Of a stretch of 34,501 nucleotides of DNA, positions 1 to 9,115 are shown one piece after another. The notes under the pieces were generated by a model that searched no databases, was not told the origin of the DNA, and saw only the letters and a list, made by a program, of their open reading frames with translations. The position numbers and the translations under genes were made by a program. Position 1 is the first letter of the stretch. The number at the start of each line of letters is the position of its first letter. The DNA lies in the IMG/VR virus record IMGVR_UViG_3300032232_000231, positions 1 through 34,501 of that record; one strand, 5' to 3'. The DNA is from a virus (Duplodnaviria; Caudoviricetes).

Positions 1-123
1 AACCCAATCCGCATTTAGAGCATGGAAAGATTCATTTATGGTGTTATTGGTGCGGTGCTAGAGCAGTATTGATTAAACCAAGCGATACATTAGCAATACT
101 AAGAAAGGCACAAGAGAAATGAA
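1..123. repeat. Terminal direct repeat, left copy (circular overlap)
   Basis: 1-123 is identical to 34379-34501 (AACCCAATCCGC...GAGAAATGAA); reading frames continue across the junction. Confidence 0.95.
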
Positions 124-292
124 CGACTTTTCAACACCATACCTTGCATTGCACAAATTAATGAAAGATTTTCACGAAACCATTACCAAAGGCAATTACC
201 AGCAAGCCCATGAAATATCCATAGATATTGTGGATGTTGCCCAAGAACTTGAAGATATATCTAAAGGGTTACGTGATGCCCATACTGATTGA
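119..292 (+). CDS. Hypothetical protein, 57 aa (MNDFSTPYLALHKLMKDF...)
   Basis: Not in the ORF track. Its ATG overlaps the TGA (ATGA) of the ORF ending ILRKAQEK; open to TGA at 290-292. Confidence 0.65.
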   Translation: MNDFSTPYLALHKLMKDFHETITKGNYQQAHEISIDIVDVAQELEDISKGLRDAHTD

Positions 293-776
293 GTTAAGCC
301 CAGCCGAAATACAAATGGCCGCTTTAGTAGGCACCCAACGTACCGTGCAATGTATTCAAAACGGTTCTAAACATCGTTACGGGGCTAAAGATACCGATGC
401 TTGGCAAATGAGTATTGAAGGGGCTATGGGCGAATGTGCGCTTGCAAAGCATCTTGGCATATTTTGGTCAAAAGGAATTCCCGGCGCAACTGACGTAGGC
501 CCCCATGACGTAAGACAAACCCCATTAGCACATGGCAAATTAATCGTACATCCTACTGATGATGATAACCGCCGTTTTTATTTAGTAACTGGTTTAATGG
601 GTAAATATACTATTCACGGTTATATGTATGGCCGCCAAGCTAAACAACAAAAATATTGGGCTGATCCCCAAGGCACCAATAGATTTGCGTATTTTGTTCC
701 ACAAACCGACCTGATTGCGGATAATGTTCAAATTACAACTGAACCTTCCTCAACCGGACATTGGTTAGATGACTAA
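276..776 (+). CDS. Hypothetical protein, possibly PD-(D/E)XK nuclease-like
   Basis: Likely ATG start at 276 (MPILIEL). GAMGECALAK helix followed by D-(5)-DVRQT resembles a restriction-like fold; weak. Confidence 0.5.
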   Translation: MPILIELSPAEIQMAALVGTQRTVQCIQNGSKHRYGAKDTDAWQMSIEGAMGECALAKHLGIFWSKGIPGATDVGPHDVRQTPLAHGKLIVHPTDDDNRRFYLVTGLMGKYTIHGYMYGRQAKQQKYWADPQGTNRFAYFVPQTDLIADNVQITTEPSSTGHWLDD

Positions 777-1050
777 AAAAGAAAGTGAACATTATGCAAA
801 GTTGGCACGACTGGGGTGCATATTGTGCCAACAAAATGGAATTACCGATACCGATACCCCCGTGGAAATCCATCATATTCGCCGACATGGCCAGCCACGT
901 AAAACCGCTAAAACTATACCCTTGTGTATGTGGCACCACCGCCTTGGAAATACCAGCGTTCATTCCCTTGGCCACCGTGGATTCCAAAAATACTGGGGCT
1001 GGAGTGAAGAAGATTTACACGAAAAAGTTGAAGAATTGCTAAATGAATGA
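769..1050 (+). CDS. Ref/DUF968-like HNH Zn-binding nuclease
   Basis: LGCILC, VEIHHIR and IPLCMWHH motifs; adjacent to RusA in a nin-like region. Confidence 0.75.
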   Translation: MTKKESEHYAKLARLGCILCQQNGITDTDTPVEIHHIRRHGQPRKTAKTIPLCMWHHRLGNTSVHSLGHRGFQKYWGWSEEDLHEKVEELLNE

Positions 1051-1378
1051 ACTTACTTTCCCCTGGCCGCCTTCTGCTTTAAAGCCAAACGTAAAAACCC
1101 ATTGGACCAAAAAAGCCAAGTTTGCCAAGGAATATAAAGAAACTTGCTTTTATTTAACTAAAGAAGCCAAAACACCACAAATTGCATATAAGTCATTGGA
1201 AATGGTATTTTATCCACCAAACAGGCGTGGATTTGATTTGGACAATATGCTGGCTACTATGAAATCCGGTATAGATGGCATGAGCCTAGCATTAAATATT
1301 AATGACAATTGTTTTAAAAAAATATCAGTTGAAATGTCAGAGGATATTGGTGGTTTTGTAAAAATTCACTTAAAATGA
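1043..1378 (+). CDS. rusA: RusA-family Holliday junction resolvase
   Basis: FPWPPS..N start, FYPPNRR-x-DLDN-x4-K-x3-DG and later ND; classic RusA catalytic pattern. Confidence 0.85.
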   Translation: MNELTFPWPPSALKPNVKTHWTKKAKFAKEYKETCFYLTKEAKTPQIAYKSLEMVFYPPNRRGFDLDNMLATMKSGIDGMSLALNINDNCFKKISVEMSEDIGGFVKIHLK

Positions 1379-1381
1379 GTT

Positions 1382-3232
1382 ATGGCAGATGAATACGAAC
1401 TAGGCACCGTTGGCCCTATTCCAACGGTCAATCCCAATGTAGCAAAAATTGGCGAAATGTTAAAGCTTGCTAAAAAATATGCTGATCAATATTACGTTAA
1501 AGAAAACGTACCGTTAATTGGTGGAACTACCCTAGGAGAATTTTTATTAGGTAAAGCCCCGGAAGAAATTGAACGTATAGGCCAAGGCGATTACCCATTT
1601 AGAAACCCCAATGAAGTAGTTAGAACTGGTGGAAACCGTGCAGAAATATTTAAAACAGGGCGTTTTCAACCTACTTTTGACGTAGCAACAAACGTTTTGG
1701 CCCCATTAGTTGGTGCCGCTAAATTTGGAAAAAGCAGTTTAATTGAAGCAAATATAGCCAAAGGATTTAAAGATGAAGGAAATTATCGAAGGGTGGGAGA
1801 ACCACAATCAATCCTTGAAAGATTTGGGATTACCGGAAATGACCAAGGAAGATTACCAGGCGGCCTTATTGAGAACGCCGGCAGAATTACACGAAGAAGC
1901 AATCCGGATGACATTAAGGCACAAACAGAACTCATCCAGGCAAACTTAAATAATCCTGAATTTAACAAAGCTTTAACATTAGCTAAAAAACATAATCCTG
2001 AATTTGATTTTCAAGCCATCAAAGATATGCCGGAATCATCCTTGGCCAAACAACACGCTATTGCTAGAACTTATGATTTGTTAACTAAAGAATCGGTTTC
2101 GCCCCAGCTTAAACAAGCTATTTTTGATGATTACATGGTTAAACACCCTGAAATGATGAAAAAAGAAGGCATTAAAGATTACGATGATTTAGTAATTAAA
2201 TCTTATGGTCAATTAAGAAAAGAAGTTGACCAGCAATTTGACGATATGGTTAAAGGCGGCATGAAATTGTCGTATCACCAGGGCGATGCTAATTACATGG
2301 ATTCTAGGGAAATGTTGCGTGATGCCCTTGTAAACCAGCATTTATATACATACCGTGGTGGTGACGTACACCCATTATTAAATGATTTAGACCCTTATTA
2401 CGGTTTAAACAGTAACGAAAAATTTAGAGCCGTACATGATTATTTTGGCCACGGTACAACTGGGGCAACTTTTGGCCGTAAAGGTGAAGAAATTGCTTAT
2501 GGTGCCCATGCCCAAACATTAAGCCCATTAGCTAGAATAGCGGCCGCCGCTGAAACTAGGGGCCAAAACAGTTTTGTTAATTATTCCGGCATCAATGCTG
2601 ACCTGGAACAAAAAATGATGTCAACCAGGATAGCCAAAGACCAAGCAATACATCGTGGTGAATCCCCTGAACAATACGATGCCATTTTGCGTGACCTAGG
2701 CGGCCAATGGCAGTACGCAAAACAACAAGGCGTGGCATTACCACCGGATATGTTAGAAGCTGGTTACAGGGGCGAAATGCCTGATTACATTAAAGGCAAT
2801 CTATTTCCGGAACACGGCATAAGTCATAAGGGCTACCATTATTCCAATTTAGCTGACCTGGAAACAACTGATCCAACTAAATACGGTTATGGAATCCGGG
2901 GCGAAGAAGCTAAAAGACTAGCCCTTCCAGGATCAATTAAAGAACGCACTTATTTTTATAATGAACCAGGTATGCGTGAACCTGGACTTGGCCGTAATCA
3001 ATATGAAGCGGATTTAGAACATTTTTATGATACTGAAACTGATCCAGCCGGCATTATTCGCATGGCAGATAACTTTAATCGTGATAAAAACGGAATATTA
3101 GATACCGCCGGCCGGGCTAATGACATAGAACGTATGATGCGTGAAGCTGGGTATCAAGGTTACTTTAATCAAAACACCGGAGTAGGTATATCTTTTGAAC
3201 CACAAAAGGTTCGTGAATATTCACGTGAATAG
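1382..3232 (+). CDS. 616-aa multidomain polyvalent-type protein (HDxxGH metal-binding domain plus ART-like C-terminus)
   Basis: FRAVHDYFGH...GEE.A...H...ETRGQNS.VN block; C-terminal GYHYS...RTYFY...GYQGY. Confidence 0.5.
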   Translation: MADEYELGTVGPIPTVNPNVAKIGEMLKLAKKYADQYYVKENVPLIGGTTLGEFLLGKAPEEIERIGQGDYPFRNPNEVVRTGGNRAEIFKTGRFQPTFDVATNVLAPLVGAAKFGKSSLIEANIAKGFKDEGNYRRVGEPQSILERFGITGNDQGRLPGGLIENAGRITRRSNPDDIKAQTELIQANLNNPEFNKALTLAKKHNPEFDFQAIKDMPESSLAKQHAIARTYDLLTKESVSPQLKQAIFDDYMVKHPEMMKKEGIKDYDDLVIKSYGQLRKEVDQQFDDMVKGGMKLSYHQGDANYMDSREMLRDALVNQHLYTYRGGDVHPLLNDLDPYYGLNSNEKFRAVHDYFGHGTTGATFGRKGEEIAYGAHAQTLSPLARIAAAAETRGQNSFVNYSGINADLEQKMMSTRIAKDQAIHRGESPEQYDAILRDLGGQWQYAKQQGVALPPDMLEAGYRGEMPDYIKGNLFPEHGISHKGYHYSNLADLETTDPTKYGYGIRGEEAKRLALPGSIKERTYFYNEPGMREPGLGRNQYEADLEHFYDTETDPAGIIRMADNFNRDKNGILDTAGRANDIERMMREAGYQGYFNQNTGVGISFEPQKVREYSRE

Positions 3233-3260
3233 TTGACAAGGTAGTAAAATAGACGAAAAT
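3233..3260 (+). promoter_or_regulatory. Putative sigma70 promoter for the small-gene/terminase operon
   Basis: TTGACA at 3233-3238, 16-bp spacer, GAAAAT; AGGAG RBS before ATG 3298. Confidence 0.45.
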
Positions 3261-3297
3261 GTAGTTTGTATTCCCCCATCACATAGGAGAACTAATC

Positions 3298-3531
3298 ATG
3301 GGCAAAATGGATTCAATGAAGGGCGTACCTTCAACAACTGGCGCAACTTCCCCAAAAGGCGTTGATTCTTCAGATACTACTGGCGAACGTCATGGCAAAA
3401 TCGTTAATGGCGTAGCAATGGGCAAAGAAGATATGACCGGCCCTGACAACCAGTTTAATACTGGCCGTACCGCTGGTGTTTGCTATACCCATACACGTGG
3501 TGCTTACAAATCTGAAGATAGCAACTGCTAA
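3298..3531 (+). CDS. Small hypothetical protein
   Basis: AGGAG RBS; operonic with the next gene. Confidence 0.75.
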   Translation: MGKMDSMKGVPSTTGATSPKGVDSSDTTGERHGKIVNGVAMGKEDMTGPDNQFNTGRTAGVCYTHTRGAYKSEDSNC

Positions 3532-3533
3532 TT

Positions 3534-3734
3534 ATGGCTTTTACCGCTGATCTAAACCCAAAAGGTAGTAAATCTATGGATTTGCTTGATTTAGTGAAGA
3601 TGGAAGATTATTTGGGCCGCAGATCTACAAAGTTACCGGCTAAAGTAAATAACATGGTTAAAAGTAGTGCTGATGATAAAGGCGTTGAATTTCGGTTTAA
3701 CACCAATCAGAACGCTAACGATACAACAGGATAA
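3534..3734 (+). CDS. 66-aa protein sharing its N-terminal motif with ejection protein 21412
   Basis: MAFTADLNPKGSKSMDLLDLVKMEDY vs MAAQFTADLNPKNTGMSLGDMMKMGLY. Confidence 0.7.
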   Translation: MAFTADLNPKGSKSMDLLDLVKMEDYLGRRSTKLPAKVNNMVKSSADDKGVEFRFNTNQNANDTTG

Positions 3735-3742
3735 AGCGAAAA

Positions 3743-3776
3743 GCCCTAGCACGTGAAGGTAAACTAGGGCCTTTCT
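3743..3776 (+). terminator. Intergenic hairpin (weak terminator or regulatory element)
   Basis: GCCCTAG(3743-49)/CTAGGGC(3764-70) followed by CTTTCT. Confidence 0.4.
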
Positions 3777-3805
3777 AACCAATACAAGTAATCGGAGAAC
3801 TTGCA

Positions 3806-4141
3806 ATGGCTGATGTTGATTTTATATTAAAACCCCTGGGGGACAAGATAGTTGTTCGCCCGGATAAACGCATTTTAAGCACCACTATCATTGTTGAAAA
3901 CAAGGAAGTGGACAACATGGGTACGGTAGTAGCCGTAGGCCCTGGCAAGCGTATAAAAGGCCGCCGGCAAGATATGCCAGTAGAGGTAGGCCAGCACGTT
4001 AGATTCGGCACTATGGACAAGGATTCCACCGCAGAATACCTAAAATATCAAGAATACTTTACTAACGATGAACGTTATCTGATAATGTCATGGCAAGACG
4101 TATGTTTTGTAACTGATAAAGGACAAGCAAATGGCAACTAA
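3806..4141 (+). CDS. groES: GroES/Cpn10-like co-chaperonin
   Basis: LKPLGDKIVV, GTVVAVGPGK, VEVGQHVRF and YLIMSWQDV motifs; GGAG RBS. Confidence 0.9.
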   Translation: MADVDFILKPLGDKIVVRPDKRILSTTIIVENKEVDNMGTVVAVGPGKRIKGRRQDMPVEVGQHVRFGTMDKDSTAEYLKYQEYFTNDERYLIMSWQDVCFVTDKGQANGN

Positions 4142-4298
4142 ACCCGGTTTGTATGCAAATATCCATAAAAAGCAAGAACGTATCGAAAAGCAAAAGGAAG
4201 CTGGCGGCAAAGTAGAACGTATGCGTTCACCTGGTAGCAAGGGCGCACCGACTGCCGAAGCATTTAAACAATCTGCCAAAACTGCAAAGAAAAAGTAA
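4131..4298 (+). CDS. Small basic protein, 55 aa (MATKPGLYANIHKKQERI...)
   Basis: Not in the ORF track. AAGGA RBS, overlaps the groES end, TAATG coupling to the next gene; Lys-rich. Confidence 0.75.
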   Translation: MATKPGLYANIHKKQERIEKQKEAGGKVERMRSPGSKGAPTAEAFKQSAKTAKKK

Positions 4299-4576
4299 TG
4301 GCTACTAAAAAACACGATAAGCCCATAGAGCATAAGACCACCGGCAAGGGTAAGACTTATAACCCTACGGATAAAGGTGCTGGCATGACCGCTAAAGGCC
4401 GTGCTGAATATAACGCCAAAAACAATGCAAACCTAAAACCGCCAGCCCCTAATCCAAAGACAGAAAAAGATAAAGGGCGTAAAGCTTCTTTTTGTGCAAG
4501 GATGGAAGGCGTAGTAAAAAAAGCTAAAGGGCCAGCGGAACGGGCTAAAGCTAGTTTAAAGAACTGGAACTGCTAA
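4298..4576 (+). CDS. Small basic protein (DUF6321-like)
   Basis: NLKPPAP...RKASFCARM...SLKNWNC pattern. Confidence 0.7.
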   Translation: MATKKHDKPIEHKTTGKGKTYNPTDKGAGMTAKGRAEYNAKNNANLKPPAPNPKTEKDKGRKASFCARMEGVVKKAKGPAERAKASLKNWNC

Positions 4577-4836
4577 TGTTTAAGCGGCTAATTGAATGGA
4601 TGATTAATGTATTTGAACCAGCCCCAGCCATTGTAAAACGCAAGCCCCGTCCCCAAGTAAAGAAAACTACACCACGAAAGACTACTATGCCATTAAAGAA
4701 ATCCACAAGTGCTAAAGCATTTAAAGAAAACATTAAGACAGAAGTAAAAGCCGGTAAGCCAGTAAAACAAGCCGTAGCTATTGCTTATAGTGAAAAGCGT
4801 GAAGCGGCAAAAACAACTAAACCTAAAAGGAAGTAA
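4576..4836 (+). CDS. Small basic protein; possible internal start at 4687 (MPLKKSTS...)
   Basis: TAATG coupling; KQAVAIAYS motif typical of small phage proteins upstream of terminase. Confidence 0.7.
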   Translation: MFKRLIEWMINVFEPAPAIVKRKPRPQVKKTTPRKTTMPLKKSTSAKAFKENIKTEVKAGKPVKQAVAIAYSEKREAAKTTKPKRK

Positions 4837-4838
4837 GA

Positions 4839-5051
4839 ATGATCACTTTTGCAGACATTGAAGTTAAAGACGTACAACTAATCCTTGCCGGCCTAAAGAA
4901 ACTGCCGATGGAACTTGTTGAAGAACTTCATAACAAACTACTTACAAGTGCTAATGAACAATGGATAGCCAAGAACAAGCCAGTAGAAGGCCAACCCGAA
5001 ATAAATCCTGATGACATTACAATTGTCAAAAAAGAAACGGAAACCGCATAA
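4839..5051 (+). CDS. Hypothetical protein
   Basis: AAGGAAG RBS; operonic. Confidence 0.7.
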   Translation: MITFADIEVKDVQLILAGLKKLPMELVEELHNKLLTSANEQWIAKNKPVEGQPEINPDDITIVKKETETA

Positions 5052-5251
5052 TGACTACCCCAAACGTATATCTGCCATACCCTATTCCACAAACACCGGA
5101 AGAACTGGAAGCGGATATTAACGCCTTGGTAAGCCAACCTGGAGTTCCAACAAGCTTAACTAATCTTGTAGATGCAGTAGAGGAAAGCCCAACAACTCAA
5201 GCTGATATAGATGCGGCAGAAGCCAATGCCAATACAACGGCAGACGAGTAA
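5051..5251 (+). CDS. Small acidic hypothetical protein
   Basis: TAATG coupling. Confidence 0.65.
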   Translation: MTTPNVYLPYPIPQTPEELEADINALVSQPGVPTSLTNLVDAVEESPTTQADIDAAEANANTTADE

Positions 5252-5268
5252 AGAAAGCTTTACAAATC

Positions 5269-5583
5269 ATGACATTACCAATTGAAACAAATAAAGGGAA
5301 GGGCGCACCTGAAGGCAATGACAATGCTAGGAAGGGAAAGCTATTCTATGATCAATTGCGTAGGGTATTGGTACAGAACGATTCATTGAAGCTACGCCAG
5401 GTAAGCGAGAAGCTAGTGGATGCCGCTATTGAAGGTGAACCGTGGGCAGTCAAAGAAATTATGGATAGGATGGATGGTAAGGCAGTAGCCATTCAAGAAG
5501 TTACTGGTCCTAATGGGGCAGAACTTAAAACTGGCTTTACGTTAGTTTTTGAAGAACCTAATGGCAACGATTCAGGAAGCTAA
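5269..5583 (+). CDS. Terminase small subunit
   Basis: GAPEGNDNA, AVKEIMDRMDGK and EVTGPNG motifs; directly upstream of and overlapping TerL. Confidence 0.75.
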   Translation: MTLPIETNKGKGAPEGNDNARKGKLFYDQLRRVLVQNDSLKLRQVSEKLVDAAIEGEPWAVKEIMDRMDGKAVAIQEVTGPNGAELKTGFTLVFEEPNGNDSGS

Positions 5584-6841
5584 AGCTAAAGCACGGTTTC
5601 CGGCAAAGCTTAAGTGTTTATTTGTTCCTGAAAAGGCACGGTATAGAGTGCTTTACGGCGGTAGGGGCGGCTCAAAATCTTGGAATATTGCCCGTGCCCT
5701 ATTGCTTAAAGGGTGTGAACAACCAATACGGGTACTATGCGCCCGTGAATTCCAAACCAGTATTAAAGATTCCGTGCATAAATTGCTATGTGATCAAATA
5801 TTTGCCTTGGAAATAGAAGCCCATTATGAAATTACTGAACGCACCATTAGGGGCATAAACGGTACTGAATTCATATTTGTTGGGGTAAAGAACAATACAA
5901 ACAACGTTAAATCCATTGAGGGTATAGACGTTTGTTGGGTAGAAGAAGCCCAATCTGTAAGCCCTAATAGCTGGAACGTCCTTGTTCCTACTATCCGTAA
6001 AGCTGATAGCGAAATATGGATTAGTTTTAACCCTGAACTACCAACCGATGAAACCTGGAAGCGGTTTGTAATGAACCCACCGGAAAACGCAGTAGTTCAG
6101 AAAATCAACTGGTCAGATAACCCTTGGTTTCCTGAAGTATTAGATTTAGAACGCAGAGCATTACAAGGGCGTGATACAGAAGCGTATAACAACGTATGGG
6201 AAGGAATTCCCCGTCAGACGGTCAATGGTGCCATATTTGCTAAAGAAGTCACTATGGCTGAATTAGAAGGCCGTATATGCAATGTTCCTTGGGATGCAAC
6301 CAAGCCATGCCATGCGGTGTTTGACCTTGGGTGGGCAGACCAAACTGCCGTGTGGATTCTGCAATTTGTGGGACAAGAAACAAGATTGCTACGTTATTTT
6401 GAAGATAGTCAGCAAACCATTAGTTATTACATGGCCAAACTGCAATCATTCGGATATACCTATGACACGATATGGTTACCACATGATGCCAAAGCTAAAT
6501 CCCTGGGCACCGGCAAATCCATAGAAGAAATAGTACGGGCTACTGGCATGAAGGTACAAATCCTTGATAGGGTGCCAGTAAATGACAGTATTAATGCCGC
6601 TAGAACCATATTCAATAAATGCTATTTTGATAGGCAAAATACTGAAGAAGGCTTACAATGTTTAAGACATTACCGGTATGACGTTGACCCTGACACGAAA
6701 ATGTTTAGTGCCAAGCCACTACACGATGAATATTCGCACGGGGCCGATGCGTTCAGGTACATTGGTTTAATGATTAATGAGCCTAGAAAAGCCCAGCCAC
6801 AAAAGGCTAATCAACGGGCACCGATAGGCTGGATGGGATAA
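5561..6841 (+). CDS. Terminase large subunit (PBSX/XtmB type)
   Basis: YGGRGGSKS Walker A, LCAREFQTSIKDSV, WVEEAQ Walker B, SFNP, FDLG and HGADAFRY nuclease motifs; ATG at 5561. Confidence 0.95.
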   Translation: MATIQEAKAKARFPAKLKCLFVPEKARYRVLYGGRGGSKSWNIARALLLKGCEQPIRVLCAREFQTSIKDSVHKLLCDQIFALEIEAHYEITERTIRGINGTEFIFVGVKNNTNNVKSIEGIDVCWVEEAQSVSPNSWNVLVPTIRKADSEIWISFNPELPTDETWKRFVMNPPENAVVQKINWSDNPWFPEVLDLERRALQGRDTEAYNNVWEGIPRQTVNGAIFAKEVTMAELEGRICNVPWDATKPCHAVFDLGWADQTAVWILQFVGQETRLLRYFEDSQQTISYYMAKLQSFGYTYDTIWLPHDAKAKSLGTGKSIEEIVRATGMKVQILDRVPVNDSINAARTIFNKCYFDRQNTEEGLQCLRHYRYDVDPDTKMFSAKPLHDEYSHGADAFRYIGLMINEPRKAQPQKANQRAPIGWMG

Positions 6842-6843
6842 AT

Positions 6844-9030
6844 ATGGCTGATACGTACGATGAAAAGAAGTATTACGGTGATACAGACGGGGATTCCCGG
6901 ATTACCGAAGCAATTGAATTCTTACGTCAGGCCGCCGAAGCCGATACAACTAATCGTCAAGAAGCCCTAGATGATGTTAAGTTTGCCGCTGGTGATCAAT
7001 GGCCAGTAGAAATTCAAAATAGCCGTACATTAGAAGCCAGGCCATGCCTAACCATCAATAAAGTGGATGCGTATGTAAGGCAGATTTGCAACCAACAACG
7101 CCAGCAACGCCCACGTATTAAGTGCCAGGGCATGAATAATGAAACTGATGCCAAGATGGCTGAAGTTATTACTGGTATTTGCCGTCACGTTGAAGTTAAT
7201 TCCAATGCAGACCATGCTTATGACACCGCTTTTGATTTTGCAGTACGTATGGGCTGGGGTTATTGGCGTGTCACTACTGATTATGTACGTCCTGATTCGT
7301 TTGATCAAGAAATCTACATCAAGCCAATTGATAATCCATTCACCGTTTATTTTGACCCTAATTCAGTAGCACCGGATGGTTCAGATGCAGAAAAATGCCT
7401 AATTACCGTGGTAATGGCTAAAGAAAACTTTAGAAAAATGTACCCTGATGCAGACGATGGCGGTAGTTTTTCTGCCCGTGGTACCGGTGATAGCAATTCA
7501 GAATGGGTAACAAAGCATGATATTCGTATTGCTGAATACTTCTATACCCGTATTGAAAGCACCCATTTAGTTCTATTGTCAGACGGCACAACCGCTTATG
7601 AAGATGAATTGCCAAATAAAGAAACAATGGAATTGGCTGGAATTTATGAAGTAAGCAAACGTAAAACCTTTAGAAAATCTATTAAATGGTGCAAGCTTAC
7701 TGCTATGCAAGTGCTAGAAGAAGGCACTTGGGCTGGTAAATACATCCCAGTTGTACCAACTTATGGCCAACAATGCGTAGTGGATAACAAACGTAAGAAG
7801 TTTGGCCTGGTTCGTATGGCTAAAGACCCACAACGTATGTATAACTTTTGGCAAACATCCATGACTGAATCCGTAGCCCTGGCACCACGGGCTAAATGGA
7901 TCATGGCAGAAGGCCAAGATGAAGGCCACGAATCTGAATGGTCAAACGCTAACAATACGGCTTATTCTTATTTGCGTTACAAGCAAACAGACATAAGCGG
8001 TCAACCAGCACCACCCCCAATTCGCCAAGCACCGGAACAACCGCCAACTGGCATTATGGCGGCGGCACAATCCATTACCCAAGATTTGCAAGCCGTAGTA
8101 GGTATTTTTGACCCTAGCCAACTGCCACAAGGCATGATGAGTGGTAAAGCGTTGAATGGTCAGCAAATGCAAATGGATATGACCAACTTCCATTATTACG
8201 ACAATTTGACCCGTTCTATTGCCCATACTGGCCGTATTATTCTTGACCTTATCCCTAAAATTTACAGTTCTGAACGGGTAATGCGGATTATTGGGGATGA
8301 TGGTAAACCCGAATTAACCACAATTAATCAACGTACAGGCCAACAAGATGAAAACGGCATTGAGAAAATATTAAATGACGTAACCGTTGGCGAATATGAC
8401 GTAGTGATGGAAACTGGCCCTGGTTACAACACCAAACGCCAGGAAGCAGTTGATTCCATGATGACCTTATTAGGTGCTGATCCGGCTTTAATGCAACAAG
8501 CTGGTGATTTAATCTTTAGAAATATGGATTTCCCTGGTGCTGAAATCATTGCAGACCGCCTTGCCGCAGTCAATCCGCTGGCACAAATTGATGAAAAATC
8601 ACCAGTTCCACCACAAGTTCAAATGCAATTAGCACAGAGCCAACAACAAATGCAAGCAATGGCACAACAAATTCAGGCCTTGCAGATGATGATTAAGAAC
8701 CGTCAGGATGTTGAACAAGTACGTCAAGTTGGTGAGGACCGCCGTGCGGTATTGTCGGCTGAAGTTAAGATGCGTGACCAAAACACCCGTTCATTGACTA
8801 GCCAAAATAAGACTGAAATTGATGCGTTGATGAAGTTAATTCTTGGCCACATGGACACCGCCAGGTTAGAAGCTGAAATTGCTTCAAGGAACATGGATCA
8901 ATATGGTGTTATGGAACAAGCAACACAATCTATTGAAGATAATATGGCCGTGATGATGCCGCCACCCCCACAACAACAAATGCCACAAGGCCAACCGCAA
9001 CAAGGGCAATTACCACCACAAATGATGTAG
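6844..9030 (+). CDS. P22-like portal protein
   Basis: 728 aa after TerL; GDQW, RPCLTINK, KDPQRMYN motifs; long C-terminal coiled-coil. Confidence 0.92.
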   Translation: MADTYDEKKYYGDTDGDSRITEAIEFLRQAAEADTTNRQEALDDVKFAAGDQWPVEIQNSRTLEARPCLTINKVDAYVRQICNQQRQQRPRIKCQGMNNETDAKMAEVITGICRHVEVNSNADHAYDTAFDFAVRMGWGYWRVTTDYVRPDSFDQEIYIKPIDNPFTVYFDPNSVAPDGSDAEKCLITVVMAKENFRKMYPDADDGGSFSARGTGDSNSEWVTKHDIRIAEYFYTRIESTHLVLLSDGTTAYEDELPNKETMELAGIYEVSKRKTFRKSIKWCKLTAMQVLEEGTWAGKYIPVVPTYGQQCVVDNKRKKFGLVRMAKDPQRMYNFWQTSMTESVALAPRAKWIMAEGQDEGHESEWSNANNTAYSYLRYKQTDISGQPAPPPIRQAPEQPPTGIMAAAQSITQDLQAVVGIFDPSQLPQGMMSGKALNGQQMQMDMTNFHYYDNLTRSIAHTGRIILDLIPKIYSSERVMRIIGDDGKPELTTINQRTGQQDENGIEKILNDVTVGEYDVVMETGPGYNTKRQEAVDSMMTLLGADPALMQQAGDLIFRNMDFPGAEIIADRLAAVNPLAQIDEKSPVPPQVQMQLAQSQQQMQAMAQQIQALQMMIKNRQDVEQVRQVGEDRRAVLSAEVKMRDQNTRSLTSQNKTEIDALMKLILGHMDTARLEAEIASRNMDQYGVMEQATQSIEDNMAVMMPPPPQQQMPQGQPQQGQLPPQMM

Positions 9031-9059
9031 TTGCAAAACACTACATTTAGTATTAAGAT
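9031..9059 (+). promoter_or_regulatory. Putative sigma70 promoter for scaffold/coat
   Basis: TTGCAA-17bp-TAAGAT. Confidence 0.55.
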
Positions 9060-9115
9060 AGCTTTACAACACTACCTATGGTGTTTTCATAGGGTTAATT
9101 CTTGGGATAATAACC

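Noticed and set aside
1-123. Terminal repeat as a biological direct terminal repeat
   Set aside because: It falls mid-gene and is more simply an assembly overlap of a circularly permuted genome.
8940-9030. Q/P/M-rich portal tail
   Set aside because: Low-complexity tails are common on such portals.
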